From contig JAISCT010000064.1 in the NCBI GenBank assembly GCA_031265355.1, positions 1,254-65,253 on the forward strand: a stretch of DNA of 64,000 nucleotides, written 5' to 3'. The translations under genes and the position numbers were made by a program. Below the pieces are notes generated by a model. The model made no database searches. It had not been told where the DNA came from and worked only from the letters and a program-made list of their open reading frames with translations. Of the stretch, positions 35,353-43,628 are shown in pieces; position 1 is the stretch's first letter; the number at the start of each line of letters is the position of its first letter. Origin of the DNA: Oscillospiraceae bacterium. Lineage in GTDB: Bacteria; Bacillota; Clostridia; Oscillospirales; UBA929.

Positions 35353-35404
35353 TTGACATCGAAACCGTCGTATGATATTATTATAATATCGAAATAATAT
35401 CATA
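35353..35404 (+). promoter_or_regulatory. Promoter with overlapping inverted repeats (candidate operator) for the SPFH-RHH operon
   Basis: TTGACA (35353-35358), 17-nt spacer, TGaTATTAT (35373-35381). Inverted-repeat arms TATGATATTATT (35371-35382) and AATAATATCATA (35393-35404). A nested 17-nt palindrome spans 35374-35390. Confidence 0.6.
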
Positions 35405-35421
35405 TAGAAAGAGGTAACACA

Positions 35422-36447
35422 ATGGACAAGAGGGAAAATTCCGCCGTTTACGATCCGAATCTGGAGGAAAAGAACGCCCCGGCCGTGGGGGGGATGGCCG
35501 TCATGCTCCTCAATATTCTGCTTTTTATCGCCGCGCTGTATCTCGCCGTATGGGGATTTTTGAGCGCCTACACGGCGCTCGGCGTTTGTGCCCTCGTCGC
35601 CGCCTGCTTCGTCTGTCCGATGATTTTCTGCGGTCTCAAAATCCTAAAACCGAAGGAGGCCCTGGTGCTGACGCTATTCGGCAAGTACTACGGCACCTTG
35701 AAAGGGCCCGGATTTTTCTTTGTCAACCCGCTTGTCTCCGCGTTCAACCCCTCTTCGAACGACACGACAACCGGAAATCTCACGGCCGAGCCGACAGCTT
35801 CCGCCAAAATTGGCGAGCAGTCTTTGCAGATCGGTCTCAACATCCGCCGGAAGCAAAAAATCTCGCTCAAGACGATGACGCTAAACAATGATAAGCAAAA
35901 GATCAACGATCTGCTTGGCAACCCGATCATCATCGGCATTGTCGTCATCTGGAAAGTCGCCAACACCGCGAAAGCCGTGTTTAATGTGGACAATTATACC
36001 GAATTTCTGTCGATCCAATGCGACAGCGCCCTGCGCAACACGGTGCGTCTCTACCCCTATGACATCACCGGCGAGAACATGGACAACGAGAAATCCCTGC
36101 GCGGCAGCAGCCAGGAGATTGCTGGAAAGCTCAAAGAAGAAATCCAGTCGAAAGTCAACGCCGCCGGTCTGGAGATCGTTGAGGCCCAGATCACGCACCT
36201 GGCGTATGCGCCCGAGATAGCGGCTGCCATGCTCCAGCGCCAGCAGGCGTCCGCCGTGGTCGACGCCCGCCAGATGATCGTGGACGGCGCCGTCGGGATG
36301 GTGGAAATGGCGCTCTCCAAGCTGAACGAGAAGGCAATCGTCCACCTGGATGAGGAAAGGAAGGCCGCCATGGTGAGCAACCTTCTCGTCGTCCTGTGCG
36401 GCAACAAGGACGCGCAGCCCATCGTGAACAGCGGTTCGCTCTACTGA
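35422..36447 (+). CDS. SPFH/band-7 domain membrane protein
   Basis: N-terminal TM helices, then a prohibitin-homology-type domain and C-terminal EIAAAMLQRQQASAVVDAR. RBS AGAGGT. Confidence 0.75.
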   Translation: MDKRENSAVYDPNLEEKNAPAVGGMAVMLLNILLFIAALYLAVWGFLSAYTALGVCALVAACFVCPMIFCGLKILKPKEALVLTLFGKYYGTLKGPGFFFVNPLVSAFNPSSNDTTTGNLTAEPTASAKIGEQSLQIGLNIRRKQKISLKTMTLNNDKQKINDLLGNPIIIGIVVIWKVANTAKAVFNVDNYTEFLSIQCDSALRNTVRLYPYDITGENMDNEKSLRGSSQEIAGKLKEEIQSKVNAAGLEIVEAQITHLAYAPEIAAAMLQRQQASAVVDARQMIVDGAVGMVEMALSKLNEKAIVHLDEERKAAMVSNLLVVLCGNKDAQPIVNSGSLY

Positions 36448-36448
36448 G

Positions 36449-36634
36449 ATGGCAGGCGACGACAAAAAAAAACAGGTCCTTCTGCGCATCTCCGATCTTC
36501 TTTGGCAGGACCTGGCGGCCTGGGCCGAGGACGACTTTCGTTCGATCAACGGACAGATCGAATATTTGCTGACAGAGTGCGTGAAACGCCGCAAAAAAGG
36601 GCATGCGCTCTTTATGCCCGACCGGACGGAGTGA
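36449..36634 (+). CDS. Ribbon-helix-helix (Arc/CopG-like) DNA-binding protein
   Basis: 61 aa. The beta-strand KKQVLLRISDLLW is followed by two helices (QDLAAWAEDDFRSINGQIEYLLTECVKRR). It starts 1 nt after the SPFH stop. Confidence 0.6.
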   Translation: MAGDDKKKQVLLRISDLLWQDLAAWAEDDFRSINGQIEYLLTECVKRRKKGHALFMPDRTE

Positions 36635-36670
36635 AACCGGGGGCGATCCGTGGATCGCCCCCGGTTTCAC
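36631..36670. terminator. Long perfect hairpin between convergent genes
   Basis: GTGAAACCGGGGGCGATCC-GT-GGATCGCCCCCGGTTTCAC. The flanking T-tract is weak. Confidence 0.55.
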
Positions 36671-36717
36671 TGGCGAAAATCATGTTTTTGTAAAATATCC
36701 CATTCGTGGCCTGCGCA

Positions 36718-37587
36718 TCATTCGATGTCGAGGTGCATCTTGGCGGTGGGCGGCCAAAAATCCCGGTCGAGAGCAGCCCAGTCCTCGTCGGAGACCGCGA
36801 GCGTCAGGGCCTTCGCATTTTCCTCGACATGGACGGGCCGCGACGCCTTGGGGATCGCCGTCACATGCGGCTGCCGCAGCACAAAGGCCAGCAGCAGCGG
36901 CATGACGCCGACGCCGTACCTGCCCGCGACGTCCCGCAATGTTTGGCTGGTCAGAAGATCCCCGTGGACCCCACGCAGCCGCCCCGCCTGCGCCAACGGA
37001 CAATAGGCCATGGCCGCGACGCCGTGCGCGCGCAGCCACGGGAGGAGGTCGTACTCGATCCCCCGGGAACCGAGGTGATAGAGCACCTGGTTGACCGCGC
37101 AGCGGGACCCGCCCGGCACGCGCCACAGCGCCTCCATGTCCGGCGTATCGAAGTTCGAAACGCCCCAGCGCCGGATCTTGCCCGTTTTGATCAGTGCCTC
37201 CAGGCCGTCGACCGTCTCCTCTAGGGGGATGTCGCCGCGCCAGTGCAGCAGATAGAGGTCGAGGTAATCGGTCTGCAGCCGCCGCAAGGAGTCGTCACAG
37301 CTCTCAAAAAGCGCCGGACGGGCGGCGTTTTGCGGGAGTACCTTGGAAACCAGCAGGTAACTCTCTCGCGGGATACCCCGCAGCGCCCCGCCGATCCTCG
37401 TCTCGGAGCATCCGCCTCCGTACATCTCGGCGGTGTCGAACAGATTCATACCCAGCGCCAGACCGCGCCGAAGCGTCGCCGTCTCGTCCGCCGCGCACGC
37501 CGGGTCGTCGCCGATGTTCCAGCCGCCCTGCCCCAGCACGGGCAGCATCAATCCACCCGCCGAAACCGTACGCCGCATGCGCAGCAC
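36718..37587 (-). CDS. Aldo/keto reductase
   Basis: LGQGGWNIG...FDTAEMYGGG...LDLYLLHW motifs of the AKR superfamily. Confidence 0.85.
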   Translation of the reverse strand: MLRMRRTVSAGGLMLPVLGQGGWNIGDDPACAADETATLRRGLALGMNLFDTAEMYGGGCSETRIGGALRGIPRESYLLVSKVLPQNAARPALFESCDDSLRRLQTDYLDLYLLHWRGDIPLEETVDGLEALIKTGKIRRWGVSNFDTPDMEALWRVPGGSRCAVNQVLYHLGSRGIEYDLLPWLRAHGVAAMAYCPLAQAGRLRGVHGDLLTSQTLRDVAGRYGVGVMPLLLAFVLRQPHVTAIPKASRPVHVEENAKALTLAVSDEDWAALDRDFWPPTAKMHLDIE

Positions 37588-37627
37588 TCCCTCTCAGTCA
37601 CAGAGAATCATCTCCCCGCACGTCCTC

Positions 37628-38503
37628 TCACATGCCGGCCATGCGGTTCAGGCGCTGCCTCCTCAATCTCCTCGCATGGGCCTTTTTGTGGCGGCGTGCG
37701 CTCTGCGCGCGGTTGCCCCGGCGCGCACGCCGGGCATGGTAGCTGTTGCGGTGGTGCAACCGGAACTTGCCGCGCCCCCGGGCCTTGTCCCGCAGCTTGC
37801 GTGTGGTGGTCCTCAATTTGCTGGATGTCTTGTCTCGGATGTCGAGAGTCCTGGTCTTGATGGTGTCCAGCATCGCGCGGCCCTTGAAGGTGAATCGCCG
37901 TTCGCTGCCCTCAAGCAGGCGGCCAATGTTTTCCCGATGCATAAAAACAATCACGAATGCGATGATCGCCGAGAGTACCACATAGACCCATGTCTCCCAC
38001 CCCGCGCCCCGGTGGAAGCCATACATGCATACCGGCACGAAGAGAGCGGCCAAAATCGAGCCCAGCGACACCCATCGCGTGATCAGCGTCGTGATAAAAA
38101 AGACGCCGAGCACGACGGCGCACACCCGCCAGTCCACAACGGCCAAAATGGCCGCAGTGGTCATGACGCCCTTACCGCCTCGGAACTTGAAGAATACCGG
38201 AAAGACATGCCCCAAGATAACGGCGAGTCCGGCCAGCAGCCGGCCCAACCCACCCCCGGCGGCTTCCGACATCATCCAATAGCCAAACAGGACCGCGAGG
38301 ACGCCTTTGAGAATATCCCCCATGGCCACCACGGCGGCCCATTTTTTCCCCATCACGCGGTAGGCGTTGGTGCTGCCCGCGTTGCCGCTGCCGTAGTCGC
38401 GGATGTCCACCCGCAAAAACAGGCGCGACACCAAAATCGAGATGTTCAGGCTTCCGAGCAGATAAGAGACGGCGAGGGTGAGAACAATTTTCCACCAGTC
38501 CAT
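37628..38503 (-). CDS. plsY: Glycerol-3-phosphate acyltransferase PlsY with an ~85-aa Arg/Lys-rich C-terminal extension
   Basis: YLLGSLNISILVSR, GSGNAGSTNA and HVFPVFFKFRGGKGV motifs. The canonical end (MHRENIGRLLEGSE) falls near aa 200 of 291. Confidence 0.85.
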   Translation of the reverse strand: MDWWKIVLTLAVSYLLGSLNISILVSRLFLRVDIRDYGSGNAGSTNAYRVMGKKWAAVVAMGDILKGVLAVLFGYWMMSEAAGGGLGRLLAGLAVILGHVFPVFFKFRGGKGVMTTAAILAVVDWRVCAVVLGVFFITTLITRWVSLGSILAALFVPVCMYGFHRGAGWETWVYVVLSAIIAFVIVFMHRENIGRLLEGSERRFTFKGRAMLDTIKTRTLDIRDKTSSKLRTTTRKLRDKARGRGKFRLHHRNSYHARRARRGNRAQSARRHKKAHARRLRRQRLNRMAGM

Positions 38504-38518
38504 AAAAACCTCCCGAAG

Positions 38519-39841
38519 CTACTCCCCGCCGCGCTGGCGCACCGTCATCCGAACGGGCGCACCGGTGAGGCCAAAGGTGGCGCGAATCTGATTTTCGAGG
38601 TAACGCCGGTAGGAAAAATGAAAAAGGCGCGGATCGTTGACAAAAACGACGAAGTGAGGCGGCAGGATACCGGCCTGGGTCATGTAGAGCACCTTGAGGC
38701 GGCGGCCCTTATCTGAAGGGGGCTGCACACGGGCCTGCGCGTCGGCCAGCACATTGTTGAGCTGGCCCGTACCGATGCGCATTTTCCCCTGTTCGAGTAC
38801 AAACTGGATCTGTGCAAAGAGCTTGTCGACGCGCCGCCCCGTCAGGGCGGAGATAAAGACCACGGGCGCATAGGACATGAAGGCCAGCCGGTCTTTGATC
38901 TCGCGGCGCTTTTGGTCCATCGTCTTCTCGTCTTTCTCCACGAGGTCCCACTTGTTCACGACAATGATGGACAGCCGCCCGGCTTCGTGCGCCAGCCCCG
39001 CGACCTTAGTGTCCTGCTCGGTCACGCCCTCGGCGGCGTCGATCAGGACAAGACAGACGTCGGCCCGCTCCACGGCCATGTGTGTGCGGAGTACGCTGTA
39101 ATACTCAATGTTGCCATCCACACGGGCTCGCTTGCGCATCCCCGCCGTGTCGATCAGCAGGTATCGGCCGTATTCATTTTCAAACTCGCTGTCGACCGCG
39201 TCGCGCGTGGTACCCGGTATGTCGCTGACGATGACCCGTTCCTCGCCCAGGATCCGGTTGACCAGCGACGACTTCCCCACATTGGGTTTGCCGATGATCG
39301 CCACCCGAATGCACTCAGTCTCCGTCTCCTCCGGCGTCTCTGCCGGAAAAAGCGCCACACAGGCGTCCAGCAGGTCCCCTGTCCCGAGTCCGTGCAGCGC
39401 GGAGATCGGGTACGGGTCGCCGAGACCGAGCTGATAGAACTCAAACAGACCGGCGTCCGCGGGCCCCGTCGCGTCGGCCTTGTTCACGGCGAGCAATACG
39501 GGCCGGCGCGCGCGCAGCAGCATCTGAGCCACCGCCTCATCCGCGGCCGTCACACCGGTGCGCAGGTCGGCCATCAGAACAATGACGTCGGCGCCGTGAA
39601 TCGCAATCTCCGCCTGCGTGCGCATGAAGCGCAGCACGGCGTCGTCCGTGTGGGGCTCGATGCCGCCGGTGTCCACCAGGGAAAAAGACCGGCCGTTCCA
39701 CTCACAGTCGGCATACAGCCGGTCCCGGGTCACGCCCGGCGTATCCTCGACAATCGACAGGCGGCGGCCCGCCAGTTTGTTGAACAACATACTCTTGCCC
39801 ACATTGGGACGCCCCACAATGGCCACCACGGGCTTTGCCAC
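38519..39841 (-). CDS. der: Ribosome biogenesis GTPase Der (EngA)
   Basis: Two GTPase domains (GRPNVGKS and GKPNVGKSS) plus a KH-like C-terminus. The start is probably GTG near 39841-39850, and the track ATG at 39934 adds an implausible Arg-rich leader. Confidence 0.9.
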   Translation of the reverse strand: MAKPVVAIVGRPNVGKSMLFNKLAGRRLSIVEDTPGVTRDRLYADCEWNGRSFSLVDTGGIEPHTDDAVLRFMRTQAEIAIHGADVIVLMADLRTGVTAADEAVAQMLLRARRPVLLAVNKADATGPADAGLFEFYQLGLGDPYPISALHGLGTGDLLDACVALFPAETPEETETECIRVAIIGKPNVGKSSLVNRILGEERVIVSDIPGTTRDAVDSEFENEYGRYLLIDTAGMRKRARVDGNIEYYSVLRTHMAVERADVCLVLIDAAEGVTEQDTKVAGLAHEAGRLSIIVVNKWDLVEKDEKTMDQKRREIKDRLAFMSYAPVVFISALTGRRVDKLFAQIQFVLEQGKMRIGTGQLNNVLADAQARVQPPSDKGRRLKVLYMTQAGILPPHFVVFVNDPRLFHFSYRRYLENQIRATFGLTGAPVRMTVRQRGGE

Positions 39842-39949
39842 GAACCTCACCGCCTCTCCGCGCGTCGCCCGCCCCCCGGGCCGGCAGCGCGCCGTCTGCG
39901 CCGGCGGACCCTCGCAACGCAACGTCCGCCTCAAAACATATTTCGCGTG

Positions 39950-40375
39950 TCACAGGCGCCGATCCATCCGGACGTGGACGATGCCCTCCTCAAAGAACTC
40001 CGGCCCGACGCGGACGAAGCCCAGCTTCTCATAGAGGGGCGCCGCATACGTCTGCGCGTGCAGCGTCAGTCTCTGCGCCCCCAGTCGCGCGGCGATATCA
40101 ATCAGCGCGCGGCAGACCTGCGTCGCGTGCCCCTTCCGACGCTCCGCCGGCAGCACCGCGATGCGGCCCAACACTGCGGCGGCGCCCTCCGCGTACACCC
40201 GCCCGCAGGCAATCGGCGCGCCGTCCCGGCACAGTACGACATGGAACGAAATCGGATCGCAGTCGTCCCACTCGTGCGCCAGCGGAACACCCTGCTCGCG
40301 GACAAAGACCGCTTCTCGGACCGTGAAGGCGGGCGCGGCGTCCCCTCCGGGTACAATTTCCCGCAACGCCAGCAT
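39950..40375 (-). CDS. GNAT family N-acetyltransferase
   Basis: RIAVLPAERRKGHATQVCRALI acetyl-CoA-binding-type motif. ATG 40375 follows RBS GGAGAGGAGG. Confidence 0.75.
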   Translation of the reverse strand: MLALREIVPGGDAAPAFTVREAVFVREQGVPLAHEWDDCDPISFHVVLCRDGAPIACGRVYAEGAAAVLGRIAVLPAERRKGHATQVCRALIDIAARLGAQRLTLHAQTYAAPLYEKLGFVRVGPEFFEEGIVHVRMDRRL

Positions 40376-40460
40376 CCGACCGCCTCCTCTCCCCTTTGCG
40401 ATCTCTCTGTCTTTACTATTGACGAGCTCTCTCCAATTGTATCCCAAATGTGTGGCAAAA

Positions 40461-41774
40461 TCATGAACATTCGCCCACCGACAAAATGTTTCTGACCAGC
40501 GCCGCCCCGTCGTTCGGCACCGACGTCACCGGCGCGCCAATGGCCCTCGCGATCTCCGCCGGAGACACGCCATCCAGGCAGACGTCGCCGTCGTGACGCA
40601 GCACGCTCTGTGGGATAAACACACGGCGACCCGCCACGCGGCCCATGAGCGCGCTGATCAGATCCCGCCCGCCAAGGAGCCCGGCTACCGTCACCCCGGG
40701 ACCAAACAGATGGTTCTCCACGTCAACCACCGCAAACGGAAGTGCCGGCAGACGGCGCGCCATGCTCTCCATCAACCGCCGCAAAAAAGGAGCAGCGGCC
40801 CGGCCCGTGGCGATCGTGAATGGAGCAATCGGCCCGGGCGCCTCTATGATTTCTAATTCTTGGAAAAACTCCATCTCAAAGAGCCGCAGCATCCCCACGC
40901 CGTTTTCGAGCTGCGGGTAGCCGTCGTAGGCCACCTCGTCCGGCAGCGGCTGGCCGGATAGCAGGTAAAGTTCATCCGCGCCGTAGACAACGCCGGCACC
41001 ATGCCGCACACGGCAGGCCGACGCCGCGGCATCCACAACCGCCAGCACAGCGGCGGCCCGCGGCCCATCGAAGGGGGTGATCGGATAGAGTCCCGCGCGG
41101 TGCTTTGTGAGGCCGACAGGTACGACAGAGACACTGGCCACGGCCGGGTACAGCGCCGTGAGATCCGCAAGGGTTCTCGTCAGGACCGCCCCGTCGTTCA
41201 AGTCTGGGCATACCACCACCTGCGTATGCATCTCAACACCATGCGCCGCCAGCCGGCGCAGCCGCGGCAAACAATCCCCGGCGTGCCGGTTGCCCAACAG
41301 AAAGCGCCGCACATCGGGGTCGGTCGCATGCACCGAAATATGGAGCGGGCTGACGCGCTGCGCGCAAATGCGCCCCAACTCCTCTTCCGACAGGTTCGTC
41401 AGCGTGATATACTGCCCCAGCAGGAAACTCAAACGGGCGTCGTCGTCCTTGAAATACAGGGATGGCCGCAGGCCGCGCGGGAGTTGGTCGACGAAACAGA
41501 ACACACAACGGTTCCGACAGCGGTGCTGCGTGTCCATTAGATATGTCTCAAACGTGAGCCCCAGATCTGCGCCCTCCGCTTTCCGCACGGACACCGTACG
41601 CCGCACCCCCGCCCGGTCGAGCGTCAGCGTCAGCCGGGCATCGTAGGTATAAAACCGGTAGTCGAGCACGTCGCGGACAGGGCGCCCCGACACGGAGAGC
41701 AGTATCTCCCCCGGCTCGATGCCGGCACGCGCGGCCGGAGATCCAGCGTCTACGCCGGTGATGACGGCGGCCAT
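40461..41774 (-). CDS. PDZ + radical-SAM-like + DUF512 protein
   Basis: PDZ-like N-terminus (ITGVDAGSPAARAGIEPGEILL) and a CRNRCVFCF cluster. Conserved position upstream of der-plsY. ATG 41774 follows GGAGGAGG. Confidence 0.75.
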   Translation of the reverse strand: MAAVITGVDAGSPAARAGIEPGEILLSVSGRPVRDVLDYRFYTYDARLTLTLDRAGVRRTVSVRKAEGADLGLTFETYLMDTQHRCRNRCVFCFVDQLPRGLRPSLYFKDDDARLSFLLGQYITLTNLSEEELGRICAQRVSPLHISVHATDPDVRRFLLGNRHAGDCLPRLRRLAAHGVEMHTQVVVCPDLNDGAVLTRTLADLTALYPAVASVSVVPVGLTKHRAGLYPITPFDGPRAAAVLAVVDAAASACRVRHGAGVVYGADELYLLSGQPLPDEVAYDGYPQLENGVGMLRLFEMEFFQELEIIEAPGPIAPFTIATGRAAAPFLRRLMESMARRLPALPFAVVDVENHLFGPGVTVAGLLGGRDLISALMGRVAGRRVFIPQSVLRHDGDVCLDGVSPAEIARAIGAPVTSVPNDGAALVRNILSVGECS

Positions 41775-41941
41775 GCGGTTTCCTCCTCCGGAGATAGCGC
41801 CCCGTTTGGGCGGAATATATCGTCGTGTCTGCGGCAAGGGCGCGGTTTTTGACGCCTGAGACAACCTCTGAACCATTGAGGGGCGGAGTCTTCCTCCGCC
41901 CCTGCCCGTTGCCTCCCGTTGTCTCTCTGCGCCGTCGGCAC

Positions 41942-42142
41942 TTACGCCTTCTTTTTCTTTTTGTCTTCGAGATGCAACACATCGCGCCCGTTGTAAGTGC
42001 CGCAGGCACGGCACACCCGGTGCGACAGTTTCAGTTCACCGCACTTGGGGCAGGCGACAAGCAGCGGGGTCTCCAACTTCCAATGGGCACTGCGGCGCAG
42101 ATGTTTGCGCTGTTTCGAGGTCTTTTTCTTGGGGACTGCCAT
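41942..42142 (-). CDS. rpmF: 50S ribosomal protein L32
   Basis: [21 protein letters not shown]... with a CPKC...CRAC zinc ribbon. Confidence 0.95.
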   Translation of the reverse strand: MAVPKKKTSKQRKHLRRSAHWKLETPLLVACPKCGELKLSHRVCRACGTYNGRDVLHLEDKKKKKA

Positions 42143-42273
42143 GAAAACACCACCTTTGATCGGAAGCGCGCCTTCCCCGGCTAAACCCGGCGCGAAAGGG
42201 CGGCTCTCGGAATTTTATATTGTCATGAGCGTGATACTCTATAAACGCCGGGCACGGTGCTCGGGCAGTACCG

Positions 42274-42768
42274 TCACGGGCGCCACTGCCGCAAGGCCGC
42301 CCAACGCGCGTCGCCCTCCGGCGGCGCGCAGTCGCACGGGCCTTCGTTTAAATTGTGCCCGCAACGCGGGCAGAGACCCCGGCAGTCCTCGCGGCAGAGA
42401 TGTTTCATCTCCATCGACAACACAAGCACGGGAATCAGCACTTCATCCAGCGTCAGTTCGTCGCCTGTCAGCAGGTAAATCTCATCGTCCTCGTCGCCGG
42501 CCAACCGCTCGGCCAATACCATCTCGACGGGAATAATCGTCTCCCTCTCATACGCCACGGCACAGCGGTCGCAGGTCAGCGACAGCGTGGCCTCCAGCAC
42601 AGCCTCCAACGTGAGTACGCCGGCGGTGTTGGCCACGGCACCCCGCGCACAGACGGGCGCCCGAAATGGGCGGCCCCAAGGAAATTCCATGTCGGACAGA
42701 TCGAACTCACAACAAAAAGGCGCCCGTGCGCCCGGCTGTTCGATCACGTCACGCAGCGCCAATTTCAC
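42274..42768 (-). CDS. yceD: YceD/DUF177 family protein
   Basis: Conserved yceD-rpmF pairing and a C-terminal CREDCRGLCPRCGHNLNEGPCDC metal-binding motif. The start is likely GTG 42768. Confidence 0.85.
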   Translation of the reverse strand: MKLALRDVIEQPGARAPFCCEFDLSDMEFPWGRPFRAPVCARGAVANTAGVLTLEAVLEATLSLTCDRCAVAYERETIIPVEMVLAERLAGDEDDEIYLLTGDELTLDEVLIPVLVLSMEMKHLCREDCRGLCPRCGHNLNEGPCDCAPPEGDARWAALRQWRP

Positions 42769-42827
42769 GGAGCACACCACCCGCGCGTCATCTCGGCCAA
42801 ACGAGGGAAAAAACAGGCACGGTAAAT

Positions 42828-42856
42828 ATTATACGTGTGTACGCGCCATTTGTCAA
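42828..42856 (-). promoter_or_regulatory. Consensus sigma-70 promoter for yceD-rpmF
   Basis: On the minus strand, TTGACA (comp. 42851-42856), 17-nt spacer, TATAAT (comp. 42828-42833). Confidence 0.6.
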
Positions 42857-43008
42857 CGAAAATTTGCCGTTTCGTCCGTTTTTGGCACACAAGATTACAC
42901 CGGGCGCGCAAAAGAACTTATCACATTTCCCCACCGCGCAAAAAAGCACGTCTGCCGAAAATTCTTCTTGACAAATTCATACTTATCGTGTAAGCAGATC
43001 ATCGAAGT

Positions 43009-43324
43009 GCCGCAAAACGCACACAGTGTCGTTTGTGACATCAAATGGGGCGACAGCGTGTATTCCATCGACCTTGACCTGATTGAAGAAGGCGACGCCT
43101 ATGAACTTCGCGGCAAAGAGATTGGTTACGCAAAGGAGGACGGCGGCACTCGGTGGAAAATTTTTGCGCGCAAAGGGTACGCACCGGAGGATTATATCGT
43201 CGCATATCCCGACGTCATCATGAGCACCTATTCCGTTTACAAGCGCGGTAAGGGCACTGTACCTCAATACACCAACATCAGCGCTTTCCCCGACCTTGGT
43301 ATCACAATGGAGTTTCCTTTATAG
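43009..43324 (+). CDS. Small hypothetical protein or gene remnant (start unclear, no ATG)
   Basis: The 3' part of track ORF 42587..43324 lies in a lower-GC patch and is followed by a terminator. Only GTG or TTG starts are available, and there is no clear RBS. Confidence 0.3.
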
Positions 43325-43329
43325 GCTTC

Positions 43330-43358
43330 AAAAAACGGCTGCTTGGCTGCCGTTTTTT
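43330..43358 (+). terminator. Intrinsic terminator
   Basis: AAAAAACGGC-TGCTTGGCT-GCCGTTTTTT. Confidence 0.7.
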
Positions 43359-43587
43359 ACAGTGTCCCCCGTTTTGGCCTCTACGCGCAACCTGCGGGGA
43401 CGTTTACCTGTTCTATATCGAGTTCCTCGATGCCGGCCAGAGCGAATACTGCGGTATCGTCTGCTCCAACGGGCATATTGTGCGGCTTAAAAAACAAGAC
43501 AACGACGGCTTTGCGACGACAAGCGGCCTTTTGCCAGTGGAATAAATCACCCCGATCATATACACGGCCCGATTAAAATACCACTCG

Positions 43588-43613
43588 TAGGGGCGAATCG
43601 CGATTCGCCCCTA
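43588..43613 (-). terminator. Perfect 26-nt palindromic hairpin after the radical SAM gene
   Basis: TAGGGGCGAATCG/CGATTCGCCCCTA lies 16 nt downstream of the stop at 43629. ATTTTAAT follows on the minus strand after 9 nt. Confidence 0.55.
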
Positions 43614-43628
43614 TAATAAATCCGCAAA

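Noticed and set aside
38912-40495. 527-aa plus-strand ORF
   Set aside because: It is antisense to der and the GNAT gene, and I recognised no motifs.
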